A stretch of DNA of 59,477 nucleotides, counting the filler. It is 7 parts of 7 records of this genome, joined end to end, with 100 filler letters (N's around TTAATTAATTAA, not from the genome) between each part and the next. Parts side by side here need not be neighbours in the genome. Positions count along the whole stretch, not along the records: positions 1 to 12,047 come from SRR31156797_25270; 6 more parts are not named here. One strand, given 5' to 3'. Both the position numbers and the translations under genes were made by a program. The notes beneath the pieces are model-generated. The model worked only from the letters and a program-made list of their open reading frames with translations. It did no database searches and was not told where the DNA came from. Positions 1 through 9,563 of the stretch are shown here, piece by piece (the stretch's first letter is position 1; each line of letters begins with the position of its first letter).

Positions 1-625
1 CCAGATCAACCCCCATTTCCTGTTCAACTCATTGAACACAGTTACATCCTTCTGCCGCACCAACCCGGACCGTGCCCGCGAACTATTGCTGGAACTTTCC
101 AAATACATGCGCAAAAACCTCGACAGCAGCCGCGGTTACGTACCTCTGCATGAGGAACTTGCTCAGCTGCACAGCTACCTGGCCATCGAACAGGCTCGCT
201 TTGGAGACCGCATCAAAGTTGATCTGGATGTAGAAGAGACATGCCTAGAATGGCCAATCCCACCGCTAATCATTCAGCCACTGGTGGAAAACAGCGTTAA
301 GCATGGTCTCATGGGACGCGAAGAAGGCGGCACCATTACCATAGACATTCACTGTAAAAATGAAGAGATGTACGTTTCCATCAAGGATGACGGCATTGGC
401 ATGGCGCAGGAACAAATTGAAGCAATCTACGCTAAACGAAAAATAGACTCCCGCGAAAAAGGGATTGGAGTCCGCAACTGCATCCAACGCTTAGAGCAGA
501 TTTACGGTCCGCAATATAAAATGCTCATCAGCAGTGAAGAAGGAATAGGAACCGAAATAACCTTTCGGGTTCCCAAACTGCGCACCGCCGTGCAGATGCG
601 GGAGTTTGCGAGGAATGCAGGGTAG
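1..625 (+). CDS. LytS/YehU-family sensor histidine kinase, C-terminal part (5' truncated)
   Basis: QINPHFLFNSLN at the window start, EQARFGDR, PPLIIQPLVENSVKHG, DDGIG and GIGVRN motifs (His_kinase PF06580 plus HATPase). Confidence 0.92.
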   Translation, partial: QINPHFLFNSLNTVTSFCRTNPDRARELLLELSKYMRKNLDSSRGYVPLHEELAQLHSYLAIEQARFGDRIKVDLDVEETCLEWPIPPLIIQPLVENSVKHGLMGREEGGTITIDIHCKNEEMYVSIKDDGIGMAQEQIEAIYAKRKIDSREKGIGVRNCIQRLEQIYGPQYKMLISSEEGIGTEITFRVPKLRTAVQMREFARNAG

Positions 626-694
626 GAGCTTGATTTAAATGCCCAGCTGCTCTAAATTGGGCTTCATAAATCTATACAATTAAAGGCCGCTATT

Positions 695-1123
695 ATGAGC
701 AAATGTTCCTGTAACACCCGCATATTCAATTCCTTTGCTGCACGTATTCAGACTCTGCATGAAACCGTGCACGCAAAATCCACCACAGGCATTAAGCTTT
801 ACAGCACTATCAGGACCCTTTGCGTAATCAAAAGTCTCAGCCGTATAGTTATCCGTAATTTTGCCAAGGATTGGCAGGAAGCATCCTGCCATTTAACAGC
901 CGATGAAGACTGTGCGGCAGTGCTTCAAAAAGCCGCCACTATCAAAGATCAACTAACCGAAGCCCATCTTCGACTTTGCACCCTGCCCTCTCCATTCGCA
1001 CGCTGGGCAGGCCGCAGGCTTACCGGGCCGCTCATGGACTGGAACGACCTTGTGCTTGATCTTTCAATTGCCTCGGACCCTGAAATTCAGCACTCCCTTA
1101 GCGAATTGGAAGAGGTGCTCTAG
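695..1123 (+). CDS. Hypothetical 142-aa protein, putative antitoxin
   Basis: Ends 1 nt before a RelE-like gene; acidic C-terminus DWNDLVLDLSIASDPEIQHSLSELEEVL. Confidence 0.55.
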   Translation: MSKCSCNTRIFNSFAARIQTLHETVHAKSTTGIKLYSTIRTLCVIKSLSRIVIRNFAKDWQEASCHLTADEDCAAVLQKAATIKDQLTEAHLRLCTLPSPFARWAGRRLTGPLMDWNDLVLDLSIASDPEIQHSLSELEEVL

Positions 1124-1124
1124 C

Positions 1125-1487
1125 ATGACCGAACTTAGGGAAACAGACGCCTACCTGCGCTACGAAAAAAATTTACTCAAAAAGTACCCGCAAGCCAAAC
1201 GGGACATTAAACGCGCCAAAAAGAAAATCCTTAGAAGACCGTCCCGCGGCGTTGTCTACCGGGGCCTCAACAAAATAGCCCTGCGCAAGATCAGAGTATC
1301 CATCAGAATCCTGCGCATCTCTCCCCGCAAGGGCTTACGTCTCTTTTACTTATACTCTGAAAAGAAGAACAAAGCCGTCCCCATCTTCATCTTTAAAAAA
1401 GGCCGCCCCCAGACCGAAGGTCAAGTCATGAAACTCTTCAACCGCGCTGTTAATGAGGTTGTGCAAGAACTCAAGAATGTGCATTAA
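1125..1487 (+). CDS. RelE/ParE-superfamily toxin-like protein (120 aa)
   Basis: ATG 1125 with GAGG RBS; very basic; LRKIRVSI...RKGLRLFYLY..KAVPIFIFKK resembles the RelE/HigB core. Confidence 0.65.
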   Translation: MTELRETDAYLRYEKNLLKKYPQAKRDIKRAKKKILRRPSRGVVYRGLNKIALRKIRVSIRILRISPRKGLRLFYLYSEKKNKAVPIFIFKKGRPQTEGQVMKLFNRAVNEVVQELKNVH

Positions 1488-1631
1488 CTTGAAAATTATC
1501 TTATTTGAACATTGCACACACAACCATTCTTGATTAGCCTTCGCCAATCATATTTCAAATTGTTTCTCACACAGGCTGATTCCTCTATCACGCCTGATTA
1601 ATCACCATATATAAAAATTCAGGAGCAGAAA

Positions 1632-2198
1632 ATGAAAGTTCTTTGCCTTCAAGGCAGTGCCAGAAAAAATGGCCATACCGCTAAAATGATCGAATGGGTT
1701 GAAGAAGAACTCAAGGAAATGGGCCACGAAGTTGAGTCCATCTACCTCAACGACAAGGACATGAAAGGCTGTATGGCCTGTGCCAAGTGTAAGGAAAAGC
1801 CGGAAGAAATCGGCTGTGTGATCAAAGACGATATCCCTGCAATTCTGGAGCAGATGGTTGCCGCCGACGCAGTTGTCTTCGCTTCTCCGCTCTACTTCTG
1901 GGGACCGTCCGCACAACTCAAAACAGTAATCGACAGAACATACAGCCTGTACGTGGACTACCATATGCCAACCCACGATTCCCTGATCAAAGGTCAGCGT
2001 CACGGCATTCTGATCACTGGCGGCGGACCTTACGAAAACAACGCTGCGGAAACCTTCACCGGACTCGCCAGAATGCAAAAACCGCACATGACCAATCACA
2101 CCGCAACTCTGTTCTTGGGTGGCTGTAAGAACCCCGAGAACCTCGGGGAAGAAGCCAAACAGAAGGCAATAGAATTTGCCAGAGAACTGGTTAAATAA
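1632..2198 (+). CDS. Flavodoxin-family iron-sulfur flavoprotein
   Basis: GSARKNGHT FMN loop, CMACAKC...C, FASPLYF; AGGAG RBS. Confidence 0.9.
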   Translation: MKVLCLQGSARKNGHTAKMIEWVEEELKEMGHEVESIYLNDKDMKGCMACAKCKEKPEEIGCVIKDDIPAILEQMVAADAVVFASPLYFWGPSAQLKTVIDRTYSLYVDYHMPTHDSLIKGQRHGILITGGGPYENNAAETFTGLARMQKPHMTNHTATLFLGGCKNPENLGEEAKQKAIEFARELVK

Positions 2199-2226
2199 AA
2201 CTCTTCGCACCCTTTCTTAAGAATAA

Positions 2227-2255
2227 GCCTGACGTGATTTCTAATCACGTCAGGC
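2227..2255. terminator. 13-bp perfect hairpin after the flavoprotein gene
   Basis: GCCTGACGTGATT-TCT-AATCACGTCAGGC; no clear U-tract. Confidence 0.5.
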
Positions 2256-2285
2256 CACCAAACAACCCCATCCCATCCATTATAA

Positions 2286-2316
2286 GTCGTTTCAAACACC
2301 GAAAACGGCATTTCAA
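2286..2316 (+). promoter_or_regulatory. Putative LytTR response-regulator binding site upstream of cstA
   Basis: Direct repeat GTCGTTTCAA-N11-GGCATTTCAA, 21-bp period. Confidence 0.7.
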
Positions 2317-2398
2317 ACACAAAGCATAGAATCCACCCCGTCCTTTATGCCAGAAGAGGGGCATAATTTTTTTCAGCAAAAGGACGGAGGAACTTCTT

Positions 2399-3817
2399 AT
2401 GCTATTTTTCTTTGCCTGTGTGGCAGCACTTATCGTCGGTTATCTTCTTTACGGTAAATTCGTGGACAACGTGTTCACCCCGGATGCAAAACGCACCACT
2501 CCCGCATACACTAAACGGGATGATGTCGACTACATGCCTATGCCCATGTGGAAACTCATGTTCATTCAGGTTCTGGACATTGCCGGGATCGGCCCCATCT
2601 TCGGCCCCATTCTCGGTGCCCTGTACGGTCCTGTTGCCCTCATCTGGATCGTTATCGGCTGTATCTTTGCCGGAGCCGTTCATGACTACTTCAGCGGTAT
2701 GCTTTCAATCCGCAACAACGGCGCATCCGTACCCGAACTGGTCGGTGAATACCTCGGTATGACTGCCCGTCAGGTAATGCGTGTCTTCGCATTCGTACTG
2801 CTCATGCTGGTCGGTGTTGTATTCGTACTCGCCCCCGCGAAGCTGCTCACCGGCCTGACCGGAGTGGAGACCGGAATCCTCGTAGCCTGCATCTTCGGAT
2901 ACTACTTCCTCGCCACCATCCTGCCCATCGATAAACTCATCGGTAAACTCTACCCCCTGTTCGGCGCACTGCTGCTGATCATGACTGTATCCCTTGCAAT
3001 CGCGCTCATGTTCAGCGGTCACACCATGCTGCCCAACCTCGATTTCGCAGTTAACTTCCACCCCGGAGACAAACCCATCTGGCCCCTGCTTTTCATCACC
3101 CTGTCCTGCGGCGCAATCAGCGGTTTCCACGCCACTCAGTCTCCGCTCATGGCCCGTTGCGTAAAGAATGAAAAAGAAGGCCGTCCCGTATTCTACGGCG
3201 CAATGATCATCGAAGGTATCATCGGCCTGATCTGGTGTACCCTCGGCCTGTCCTTCTACGAATCCCCCGAAGCACTCAACGCAGTTATCGCTGCCGGTTC
3301 CCCTTCCGCAGTAGTATCTGAAGTTGCAAACTCCCTGCTCGGCCCCATCGGCGGCATCTTCGCCATCGTAGCTGTTGTAATCCTGCCCATCACCAGTGGT
3401 GATACCGCTTTCCGCTCCACCCGCCTCATTGTAGCGGAAACCTTCAAAATGGATCAGGGTCCCGCAATCAAGCGTCTCATGATTGCAGTACCCCTGTTCG
3501 CTCTGGGTTACATCATCTCCACCCAGAACTTCTCTGCAATCTGGAGATACTTCGGTTTCTCCAACCAGTGCCTGTCCATGCTGGTTCTCTGGACCTCCGC
3601 AGTATACCTCGCCCAGCGTGCGAAACTGCACTGGATCGCATCCATCCCCGCAACCTTCATGACCGCAGTTGTTGCCACATTCATCTGTCAGGCCAAGATC
3701 GGTTTCGGACTGGACATGAACATCTCCATCATGATCGGTATCGCAGCAGCAGTAGCAACATTCGGTGCCTTCTTCGTGAAGTACGTTCGCCCCAAAGCAG
3801 CAGTTGAAGCCAACTAA
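2399..3817 (+). CDS. cstA: Carbon starvation CstA-family transporter
   Basis: IAGIGPIFGP, GAVHDY, CGAISGFHATQSP, PITSGDTAFRS; multi-TM; GGAGG RBS. Confidence 0.93.
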   Translation: MLFFFACVAALIVGYLLYGKFVDNVFTPDAKRTTPAYTKRDDVDYMPMPMWKLMFIQVLDIAGIGPIFGPILGALYGPVALIWIVIGCIFAGAVHDYFSGMLSIRNNGASVPELVGEYLGMTARQVMRVFAFVLLMLVGVVFVLAPAKLLTGLTGVETGILVACIFGYYFLATILPIDKLIGKLYPLFGALLLIMTVSLAIALMFSGHTMLPNLDFAVNFHPGDKPIWPLLFITLSCGAISGFHATQSPLMARCVKNEKEGRPVFYGAMIIEGIIGLIWCTLGLSFYESPEALNAVIAAGSPSAVVSEVANSLLGPIGGIFAIVAVVILPITSGDTAFRSTRLIVAETFKMDQGPAIKRLMIAVPLFALGYIISTQNFSAIWRYFGFSNQCLSMLVLWTSAVYLAQRAKLHWIASIPATFMTAVVATFICQAKIGFGLDMNISIMIGIAAAVATFGAFFVKYVRPKAAVEAN

Positions 3818-3857
3818 ACCATCTTCCTATAGATAAACACACCCCACTCCTTAATAG

Positions 3858-3894
3858 AAAGTCCCCCGCTTGCTGATGCAGGCGGGGGGCTTTT
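3858..3894 (+). terminator. Intrinsic terminator after cstA
   Basis: GTCCCCCGCTTGC/GCAGGCGGGGGGC stem followed by TTTT. Confidence 0.85.
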
Positions 3895-3929
3895 GTATGT
3901 TAAGCTTAGGCTAAAAATTCAGCACAACA

Positions 3930-3958
3930 TTTACAAGACGAGACATTTATTATATCAT
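3930..3958 (+). promoter_or_regulatory. sigma70-like promoter of the TPR-MBL gene
   Basis: TTTACA-N17-TATCAT. Confidence 0.6.
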
Positions 3959-3990
3959 CTCATATATTTAGCTAACAAATGAGGGGTTAC

Positions 3991-6483
3991 ATGAAAACAT
4001 CTGATGAATTAGTTCAGTTATTCAAAAACGAATGGAAATGGAAAATTACAACTAATGCCTGTCTCGACTTTCTAAACAATTGCTTAACTACAGCAGCGAA
4101 TATACAAGATAATTTATTAGTTCTTATCTTTGAAGGATTTACCCAACAGATCAAAAAGAATTTTTCTGATGCGGAAGATTTATTCCAAAAAGCTCATAAC
4201 ATTGACTCTAATTCTGATCTAGTTCTTTACGGTTTAAGCCTTTCAACTCATGCACAACACAAACTCGAACTAGCTCAAAAATATGCACAAGAAGCCTTAA
4301 TACTTGATCCAACATCTGCTCTCTTTCTATATAGATTAGGATCAGTATTATATAGCATGAATAACCTTTACGAAGCTGAACATAATTTAAGTAATTCAAT
4401 TTCTGAAGACAACAATTACGCCACCCCTCATATCTTACTAAGTAAGATATATCGGAGACAAGAACAATATAATGAAGCAATCCAACAAGCACAAAAGGCC
4501 CATACAATTAACCCTGACGATTACGAACCTCTTTACGAAATAGCGATTGCATATGATGGTTTAGGTGAAACCCTAAAAGCAGTTAAGTACTGTGAAGAAG
4601 CAATTACAAAAGAAAACACAACCACCTACCCTTATTATTTGATTTCAAATATATATACAAATCAAGAAGAAACACATAAGGCTATTGAATATTACGAAAA
4701 AGCATACAATCATGCACCAGACAACATTGACCCACTAATCAGAATTGCAGACATATACAATTCTCAAGACGACCCAGATACAGCACTAGAATACCTTACT
4801 GAAGCACATGAAGTTGACAACAACAGTTTTAGTTTATGGAATAATTTTGGTAACACCTACCGAAAACTCAAAGATTACAAAAAATCGCTTTCATCATATG
4901 AAAAATCTCTGCGAATCAAACCAGACTACACTATAGCACTTATAAACATAGCCCTACTTTACAACTACGATTTAAACAATGAAGATATTGCATATAGAAA
5001 CTTTGAGCTGGCATTGCAGTATGCACAACAGAATGACGAAGTATACATCTCTAATAGAGCCCAGTTCCATTTAAATAAAATTGAAGAGAAAAAACCAATT
5101 GTCGCTTTTTTAAATGCGGCTACTCCACCTAAAGAACCTGCTAAAAAGGTGCTTCGAGACACACTTAAAAAAAATATTATTCACGGTGACAATGCTTTAA
5201 GCATAGAAGACATAATACATGAAAACAAAAAGTCATTTCAAAACTTCCTAAAAGAACCAACAACGATAAATATAACCAGCGAAGATCAACAGAGCTACTT
5301 TCAAGTCCTAAGACGGTGGAATTCATACACGCCTATAATAGCTGACAACTTCCATATAAGCAAAGGAGGAGGTTATTTTTTAAAAGTCAATGGAAAAGGA
5401 ATTGTTATTGATCCAGGGTTTAACTTTATAGACAACTTTCGTGGAGAGCATCATTTCTTTTATGAAATAGATGCTGTTTTAATATCACATGCACATAACG
5501 ACCATACAGCAGACCTAGAATCAATACTAACCCTACTTTATAAATATAATGAAAGTATAAAAGGTGATCGAGACAACCCAAGTGAAGGATCTATAAGAGC
5601 AGAATTAGCAGAAAAACACAATAAAGCAGCAAATGACATATCAGACAGAGAAATAGATATAGCTTTCAACAAATCACCGAGACGGAAGACTATTGACCTA
5701 TACATGACACAAAGCACATTTAAAAAATATAGTGGCATGTTTAGTCTAATGAAAAGCACTAATTACAAAATACATATATTTGAAAGTGAAGACATAAAAA
5801 AAATCTGTAATATAGAGATAAAAGCATTACCAGCGAAACACCATGACATACTTTCCAACCAAGACTCCATTGGCTTTGCCTTCAACATCGGCAATGCCTC
5901 TATAGTGTATACGGGAGACACCGGCTGGGGCAAAACAATTGAAAAAAGTTATAGAAACTTAAGAAGAACGAGATTTTACAAAAATAAATCCTTCACACTT
6001 CTTGTTGCACATATAGGAGGTTTTAAAGCACATGAGATTAAATATGTTAACCCCAAAACACAAAGCGAATCATATTATAAATATCACTTAGGACGACTTG
6101 GACTCGCTAAAGTTAATGAACTGCTAAAACCAGACTTATGCTTCATTTCGGAATTTGGCGAAGAATTGAAAGGACACAGAATACATTTAGCTCAAATTTA
6201 TACAGATGCTTTTAAAAACACATCAAAACCAACCATTTTTTTCCCTGCCGACATCAATCTCACAGCTTTTTTGGAAACAGGTAAAATTAAAGCTGTTACA
6301 GCACTAGCTCCAGAAGCAAAGGAGCTGGAACATAGAAGAAAATTTGACGTTATATCACCAGATAAAGTCGGATTTAGACTTCTTCGAAAAGACTACTCCA
6401 TCCATTATTTTGAGAAAGAAGCCATTGACGAATGCGAACTTGTTAGTATCCTACATGAATTATATGATGACAGTATGAAATAA
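3991..6483 (+). CDS. TPR-repeat plus MBL-fold metallo-hydrolase fusion
   Basis: Tandem TPRs over about aa 45-370; IVIDPG, SHAHNDH (HxHxDH), PAKHHD, YTGDTG; GAGGGG RBS favours ATG 3991 over 3979; AT-rich relative to flanks. Confidence 0.88.
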   Translation: MKTSDELVQLFKNEWKWKITTNACLDFLNNCLTTAANIQDNLLVLIFEGFTQQIKKNFSDAEDLFQKAHNIDSNSDLVLYGLSLSTHAQHKLELAQKYAQEALILDPTSALFLYRLGSVLYSMNNLYEAEHNLSNSISEDNNYATPHILLSKIYRRQEQYNEAIQQAQKAHTINPDDYEPLYEIAIAYDGLGETLKAVKYCEEAITKENTTTYPYYLISNIYTNQEETHKAIEYYEKAYNHAPDNIDPLIRIADIYNSQDDPDTALEYLTEAHEVDNNSFSLWNNFGNTYRKLKDYKKSLSSYEKSLRIKPDYTIALINIALLYNYDLNNEDIAYRNFELALQYAQQNDEVYISNRAQFHLNKIEEKKPIVAFLNAATPPKEPAKKVLRDTLKKNIIHGDNALSIEDIIHENKKSFQNFLKEPTTINITSEDQQSYFQVLRRWNSYTPIIADNFHISKGGGYFLKVNGKGIVIDPGFNFIDNFRGEHHFFYEIDAVLISHAHNDHTADLESILTLLYKYNESIKGDRDNPSEGSIRAELAEKHNKAANDISDREIDIAFNKSPRRKTIDLYMTQSTFKKYSGMFSLMKSTNYKIHIFESEDIKKICNIEIKALPAKHHDILSNQDSIGFAFNIGNASIVYTGDTGWGKTIEKSYRNLRRTRFYKNKSFTLLVAHIGGFKAHEIKYVNPKTQSESYYKYHLGRLGLAKVNELLKPDLCFISEFGEELKGHRIHLAQIYTDAFKNTSKPTIFFPADINLTAFLETGKIKAVTALAPEAKELEHRRKFDVISPDKVGFRLLRKDYSIHYFEKEAIDECELVSILHELYDDSMK

Positions 6484-6527
6484 ACACCAACACAACCTAA
6501 TATTATATAAGCGAGCTGCTTAATATC

Positions 6528-6581
6528 CCTCCACTCCGGCACAATATCCAACAGCTCTCCGGTAATTGATCCTTGCCGGGT
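6528..6581 (-). pseudogene. Diverged duplicate of the atpG 3' end
   Basis: Reverse strand reads [14 protein letters not shown], then a 1-nt deletion, then AGVE; atpG reads [18 protein letters not shown]; 42/55 nt identical to 9655-9709 by manual alignment. Confidence 0.85.
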
Positions 6582-6589
6582 AAGAACCC

Positions 6590-6628
6590 AAAAAAAAAAG
6601 GCCCGCTCACAAAAGTAAGCGGGCTTTT
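6590..6628. terminator. Bidirectional intrinsic terminator
   Basis: A-tract, GGCCCGCT/AGCGGGCT stem, T-tract, between convergent genes. Confidence 0.85.
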
Positions 6629-6647
6629 CTAATTCTAACTTCCTTCC

Positions 6648-7769
6648 TCAATCCCCAAGATAAATCCTATACTTCAAAACAGCTGTTTGCCCATCGTCCA
6701 AATATTCAAACTCTATCATTTCCCCTTCTTCAATCATGACCTTGGCTGCGGACCTTGGCATAAGATATGGAGATTTCGTCAGCATCGCCATGGCCTTCTT
6801 TTTAGCATCGGCAAGTGCCGCCTTCTGTGATGCAATTTTCCTGTTCAGGGTATCAGATAGCTTGCTATGCCCCTTCCCGCTAACGACCAGCTCAAGGTTC
6901 TCATACTTGGGGGCAGGCTTCAGCTTTTCCGCAGGCCTTCCAGCTGCCGTACTGCCGGATTTCTCTTTATCAACATCAATAGCAGTATTGAATAAAAAAG
7001 AATCCACAAGAGAAGAAGAGCTCCATGGAACCTGCTTGCCCTTTGTAGCATGCTGCACGGCAAGCCGGACTTTCCGAAGCATGATCTCTATATCCGTATT
7101 CGGGCTAGAAATATTTTCGAGAAGAGCTTCGGTAAAGACTCCGTTACGCCCTTCACCGTCAGCAGCTACTTGGCCGGGGGCAGTCGCATATACTAGTATT
7201 GTCCCGGAAGGGGCCTGCATGACGGCCAATCCCCTGTTCTTTTGAAAAACAGCTCTGGAACCAGTCCCGGTAAAAGGATCATTCCGGCAGGCATCAAGGA
7301 TAATAATATTAACAGCAGTCCCGGCAGCCTGCAGAATCTCTAGGATATAATTCAAGCTTACACATTGAAATTTCACATCTGTAATGTTTTCGATCTTCGC
7401 ATCTACAGGGATGAGGTAATTTCCACCCCCTACCTGTACACCATGTCCGGCGTAGTAAAAGAGAGCCACAGAATTACGGGTAAGTTCGCTTGAAAACTCT
7501 GAAACCAAGCGTCCGGTTTCCTGCCTTGAACAATTGATTGCGCTTTTAACCTTAAATCCCAATTTATCCAACATGGTAGCGATATCTCGGGCGTCATTTG
7601 CCGGATTAGCCAAAGGGGCTTCGGGATATGCCGAATTCCCGATGACCAAAGCAAATCTTTCCGGGGATGCTGCAAGCGAGAAATCTGACGCAGCTACCGA
7701 AAAGATGAGAACAAACAGCAAACAGGCCGCCCGTATACAAGGACGGCCTGTTACATTTTCCTCAAACAT
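6648..7769 (-). CDS. Secreted caspase-family (peptidase C14) protein
   Basis: ALVIGNSAY, YAGHG (His), LDACR (Cys), KQVPW; hydrophobic signal-like N-terminus; ATG 7769 lies 4 nt after the upstream stop. Confidence 0.9.
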   Translation of the reverse strand: MFEENVTGRPCIRAACLLFVLIFSVAASDFSLAASPERFALVIGNSAYPEAPLANPANDARDIATMLDKLGFKVKSAINCSRQETGRLVSEFSSELTRNSVALFYYAGHGVQVGGGNYLIPVDAKIENITDVKFQCVSLNYILEILQAAGTAVNIIILDACRNDPFTGTGSRAVFQKNRGLAVMQAPSGTILVYATAPGQVAADGEGRNGVFTEALLENISSPNTDIEIMLRKVRLAVQHATKGKQVPWSSSSLVDSFLFNTAIDVDKEKSGSTAAGRPAEKLKPAPKYENLELVVSGKGHSKLSDTLNRKIASQKAALADAKKKAMAMLTKSPYLMPRSAAKVMIEEGEMIEFEYLDDGQTAVLKYRIYLGD

Positions 7770-7773
7770 TGTT

Positions 7774-8694
7774 CTACAAGTTGTCAGTATAGCCACTTTC
7801 TTTCTTTTTACTCTTTGCACGGTCTATAAAATAATCGTTGATGGCAATCAGAATAGGTCTTTTGGCATGCTCAGCATAAGTTGAAACATACAAGAGATCA
7901 CCACGGATATTCCAGATCCCCACTTTCTTGATATGATACCTTCCTTTATCGTCAGCCACCCTGTTCTTGGTAAAACGCTGGGGTTTACCAAATTTACCTA
8001 CGATAAGATCGAGCAACTTGTCCCCAAGCCCCGGTTCCGCATATTTGTCCACGAAAAAGTAAAGGTTATCTACTTTTCCATTTTCCATATCCAAAACCAT
8101 GTTACCATCAATACCGATAGGTGGCAGGTTATGCACTTCCAACTTTGCCGGATCAGTATAGAACTTGGTAACACAGGTCTTACCCGTATCGATCTGAGGA
8201 ACAGTTGTTATACTCTGTCCCGGGCAAGGCTGAACCTTTTTGGGTAATGGAGCACCGATAACGATCCCCCTCAAAGAAAACTTACCCGCGTAGTCCAGCG
8301 GTTTAATCTTATTAATAGACAAACCGAGCATTGGAACCATCCTCTCAAACAGCTCCAGTTCCGCCATGGTTTCATTGACCAAATTCTGCTCGTCAGCGGC
8401 ATATTCACAAACAGCCCGTGATTTTCCAACAAGGACATTACGGTAAAAGCAAAGTACCGCATATTTGTATGTGCCTATTTCAGAAATGACATACTTACGG
8501 AACCTGACACCGTTATCATAACTACTCCGGTCCCTGAAATGTGAACCCATGGCATCATTCACATCGTAAAGGGCTTCCCCGCCAGCCAGATCATTTACAT
8601 ACTTCTTACGTTTGTGCAGAACACACCCGGTAAGTGACGTAGCTATAAAAACCATTAGAAGTATAATGCAGCATATTTTTTTCATCTTAAACAC
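7774..8694 (-). CDS. Hypothetical lipoprotein
   Basis: MKKICCIILLMVFIATSLTGC lipobox. Confidence 0.75.
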   Translation of the reverse strand: MFKMKKICCIILLMVFIATSLTGCVLHKRKKYVNDLAGGEALYDVNDAMGSHFRDRSSYDNGVRFRKYVISEIGTYKYAVLCFYRNVLVGKSRAVCEYAADEQNLVNETMAELELFERMVPMLGLSINKIKPLDYAGKFSLRGIVIGAPLPKKVQPCPGQSITTVPQIDTGKTCVTKFYTDPAKLEVHNLPPIGIDGNMVLDMENGKVDNLYFFVDKYAEPGLGDKLLDLIVGKFGKPQRFTKNRVADDKGRYHIKKVGIWNIRGDLLYVSTYAEHAKRPILIAINDYFIDRAKSKKKESGYTDNL

Positions 8695-8699
8695 ACCAC

Positions 8700-9533
8700 C
8701 TAATCACCGGTAAGAATTGAAGAAATCATTGCCCTAACAACTCTCTTAAGACCATCCTGCATTCCGGTATCCGAAACGCCAGCCTGCCCAACCCAGAATA
8801 TCTGGGAGGTCTTAACGTCTACAACCTTTGCAGTCAGCCCAATACGAGAGATAGTAGAAAAAGTTCTCTTCGGCTTGGCGTAATAATCTTCCTGCCATTC
8901 ATCGATGGTCTTAGCCCGTTCCAACTCAGGAAGCATGATTCCAGTTCGGGCCGCAAATTTATCACTCTCCATTTCGTACTCTGACCGCTCACTTTCAAAC
9001 ATTTCAACATCCCGGTCATAGCGGGGAATATCATTTTTTACGATGATCCGGTTCAACGATATATTGAGGCTATCGGTGTACTTGTCGGTAACAGAGCCGA
9101 AAACGAAATAATCAGCATGAACAAGGCGCCCGATACGCTGGGCGATTTCAAGGTCAGTAAGCCCTGTCTTATGTTCACTCATCATAGCCTGCTCACGCAC
9201 AACCTTATCAATCTCTTCTCTGTCAATAACGTGGTATCCCTTAGTCTTGAGTTCAATAATCAAGCGATCTGAAACCATTGACCCCGAGGTGTTGTCATTG
9301 GCTTTGAAATTCATAATTGCAAAAGTTTTTTGTTTGGTGAGAGGCTTTTTATTCATCCTGAATGAATCAAGATTCATAGGGGTGACCACTGCTTCCTGAA
9401 TGGTTTCGTAAATGGATTTAGGTGGAATAGGATAAGCCGGAGCCCTTGGTTGTTTAGGGATACATCCCAACCCCAAAACTGAAACCGCCGCCAGAACCAA
9501 CACAACTTTAACAAACCGTAAATACTTCTTCAT
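8700..9533 (-). CDS. CsgG/HfaB-like (TolB-N fold) lipoprotein
   Basis: LGLGC lipobox; VIDREEIDKVVREQ, IGRLVHADYFVFGSV, AKVVDVKTSQIFW. Confidence 0.78.
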   Translation of the reverse strand: MKKYLRFVKVVLVLAAVSVLGLGCIPKQPRAPAYPIPPKSIYETIQEAVVTPMNLDSFRMNKKPLTKQKTFAIMNFKANDNTSGSMVSDRLIIELKTKGYHVIDREEIDKVVREQAMMSEHKTGLTDLEIAQRIGRLVHADYFVFGSVTDKYTDSLNISLNRIIVKNDIPRYDRDVEMFESERSEYEMESDKFAARTGIMLPELERAKTIDEWQEDYYAKPKRTFSTISRIGLTAKVVDVKTSQIFWVGQAGVSDTGMQDGLKRVVRAMISSILTGD

Positions 9534-9563
9534 ATGCCCCTCCCTAAATGATTTTAGTTCAAA

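Noticed and set aside
2705-3631. 308-aa antisense ORF
   Set aside because: Shadow of cstA with no recognisable motifs
3991-7769. TPR-MBL and caspase as one protease-activated defence system
   Set aside because: The genes are convergent and separated by a terminator and the atpG scar, they differ in base composition, and the caspase appears exported while TPR-MBL appears cytoplasmic. They look like independent acquisitions.
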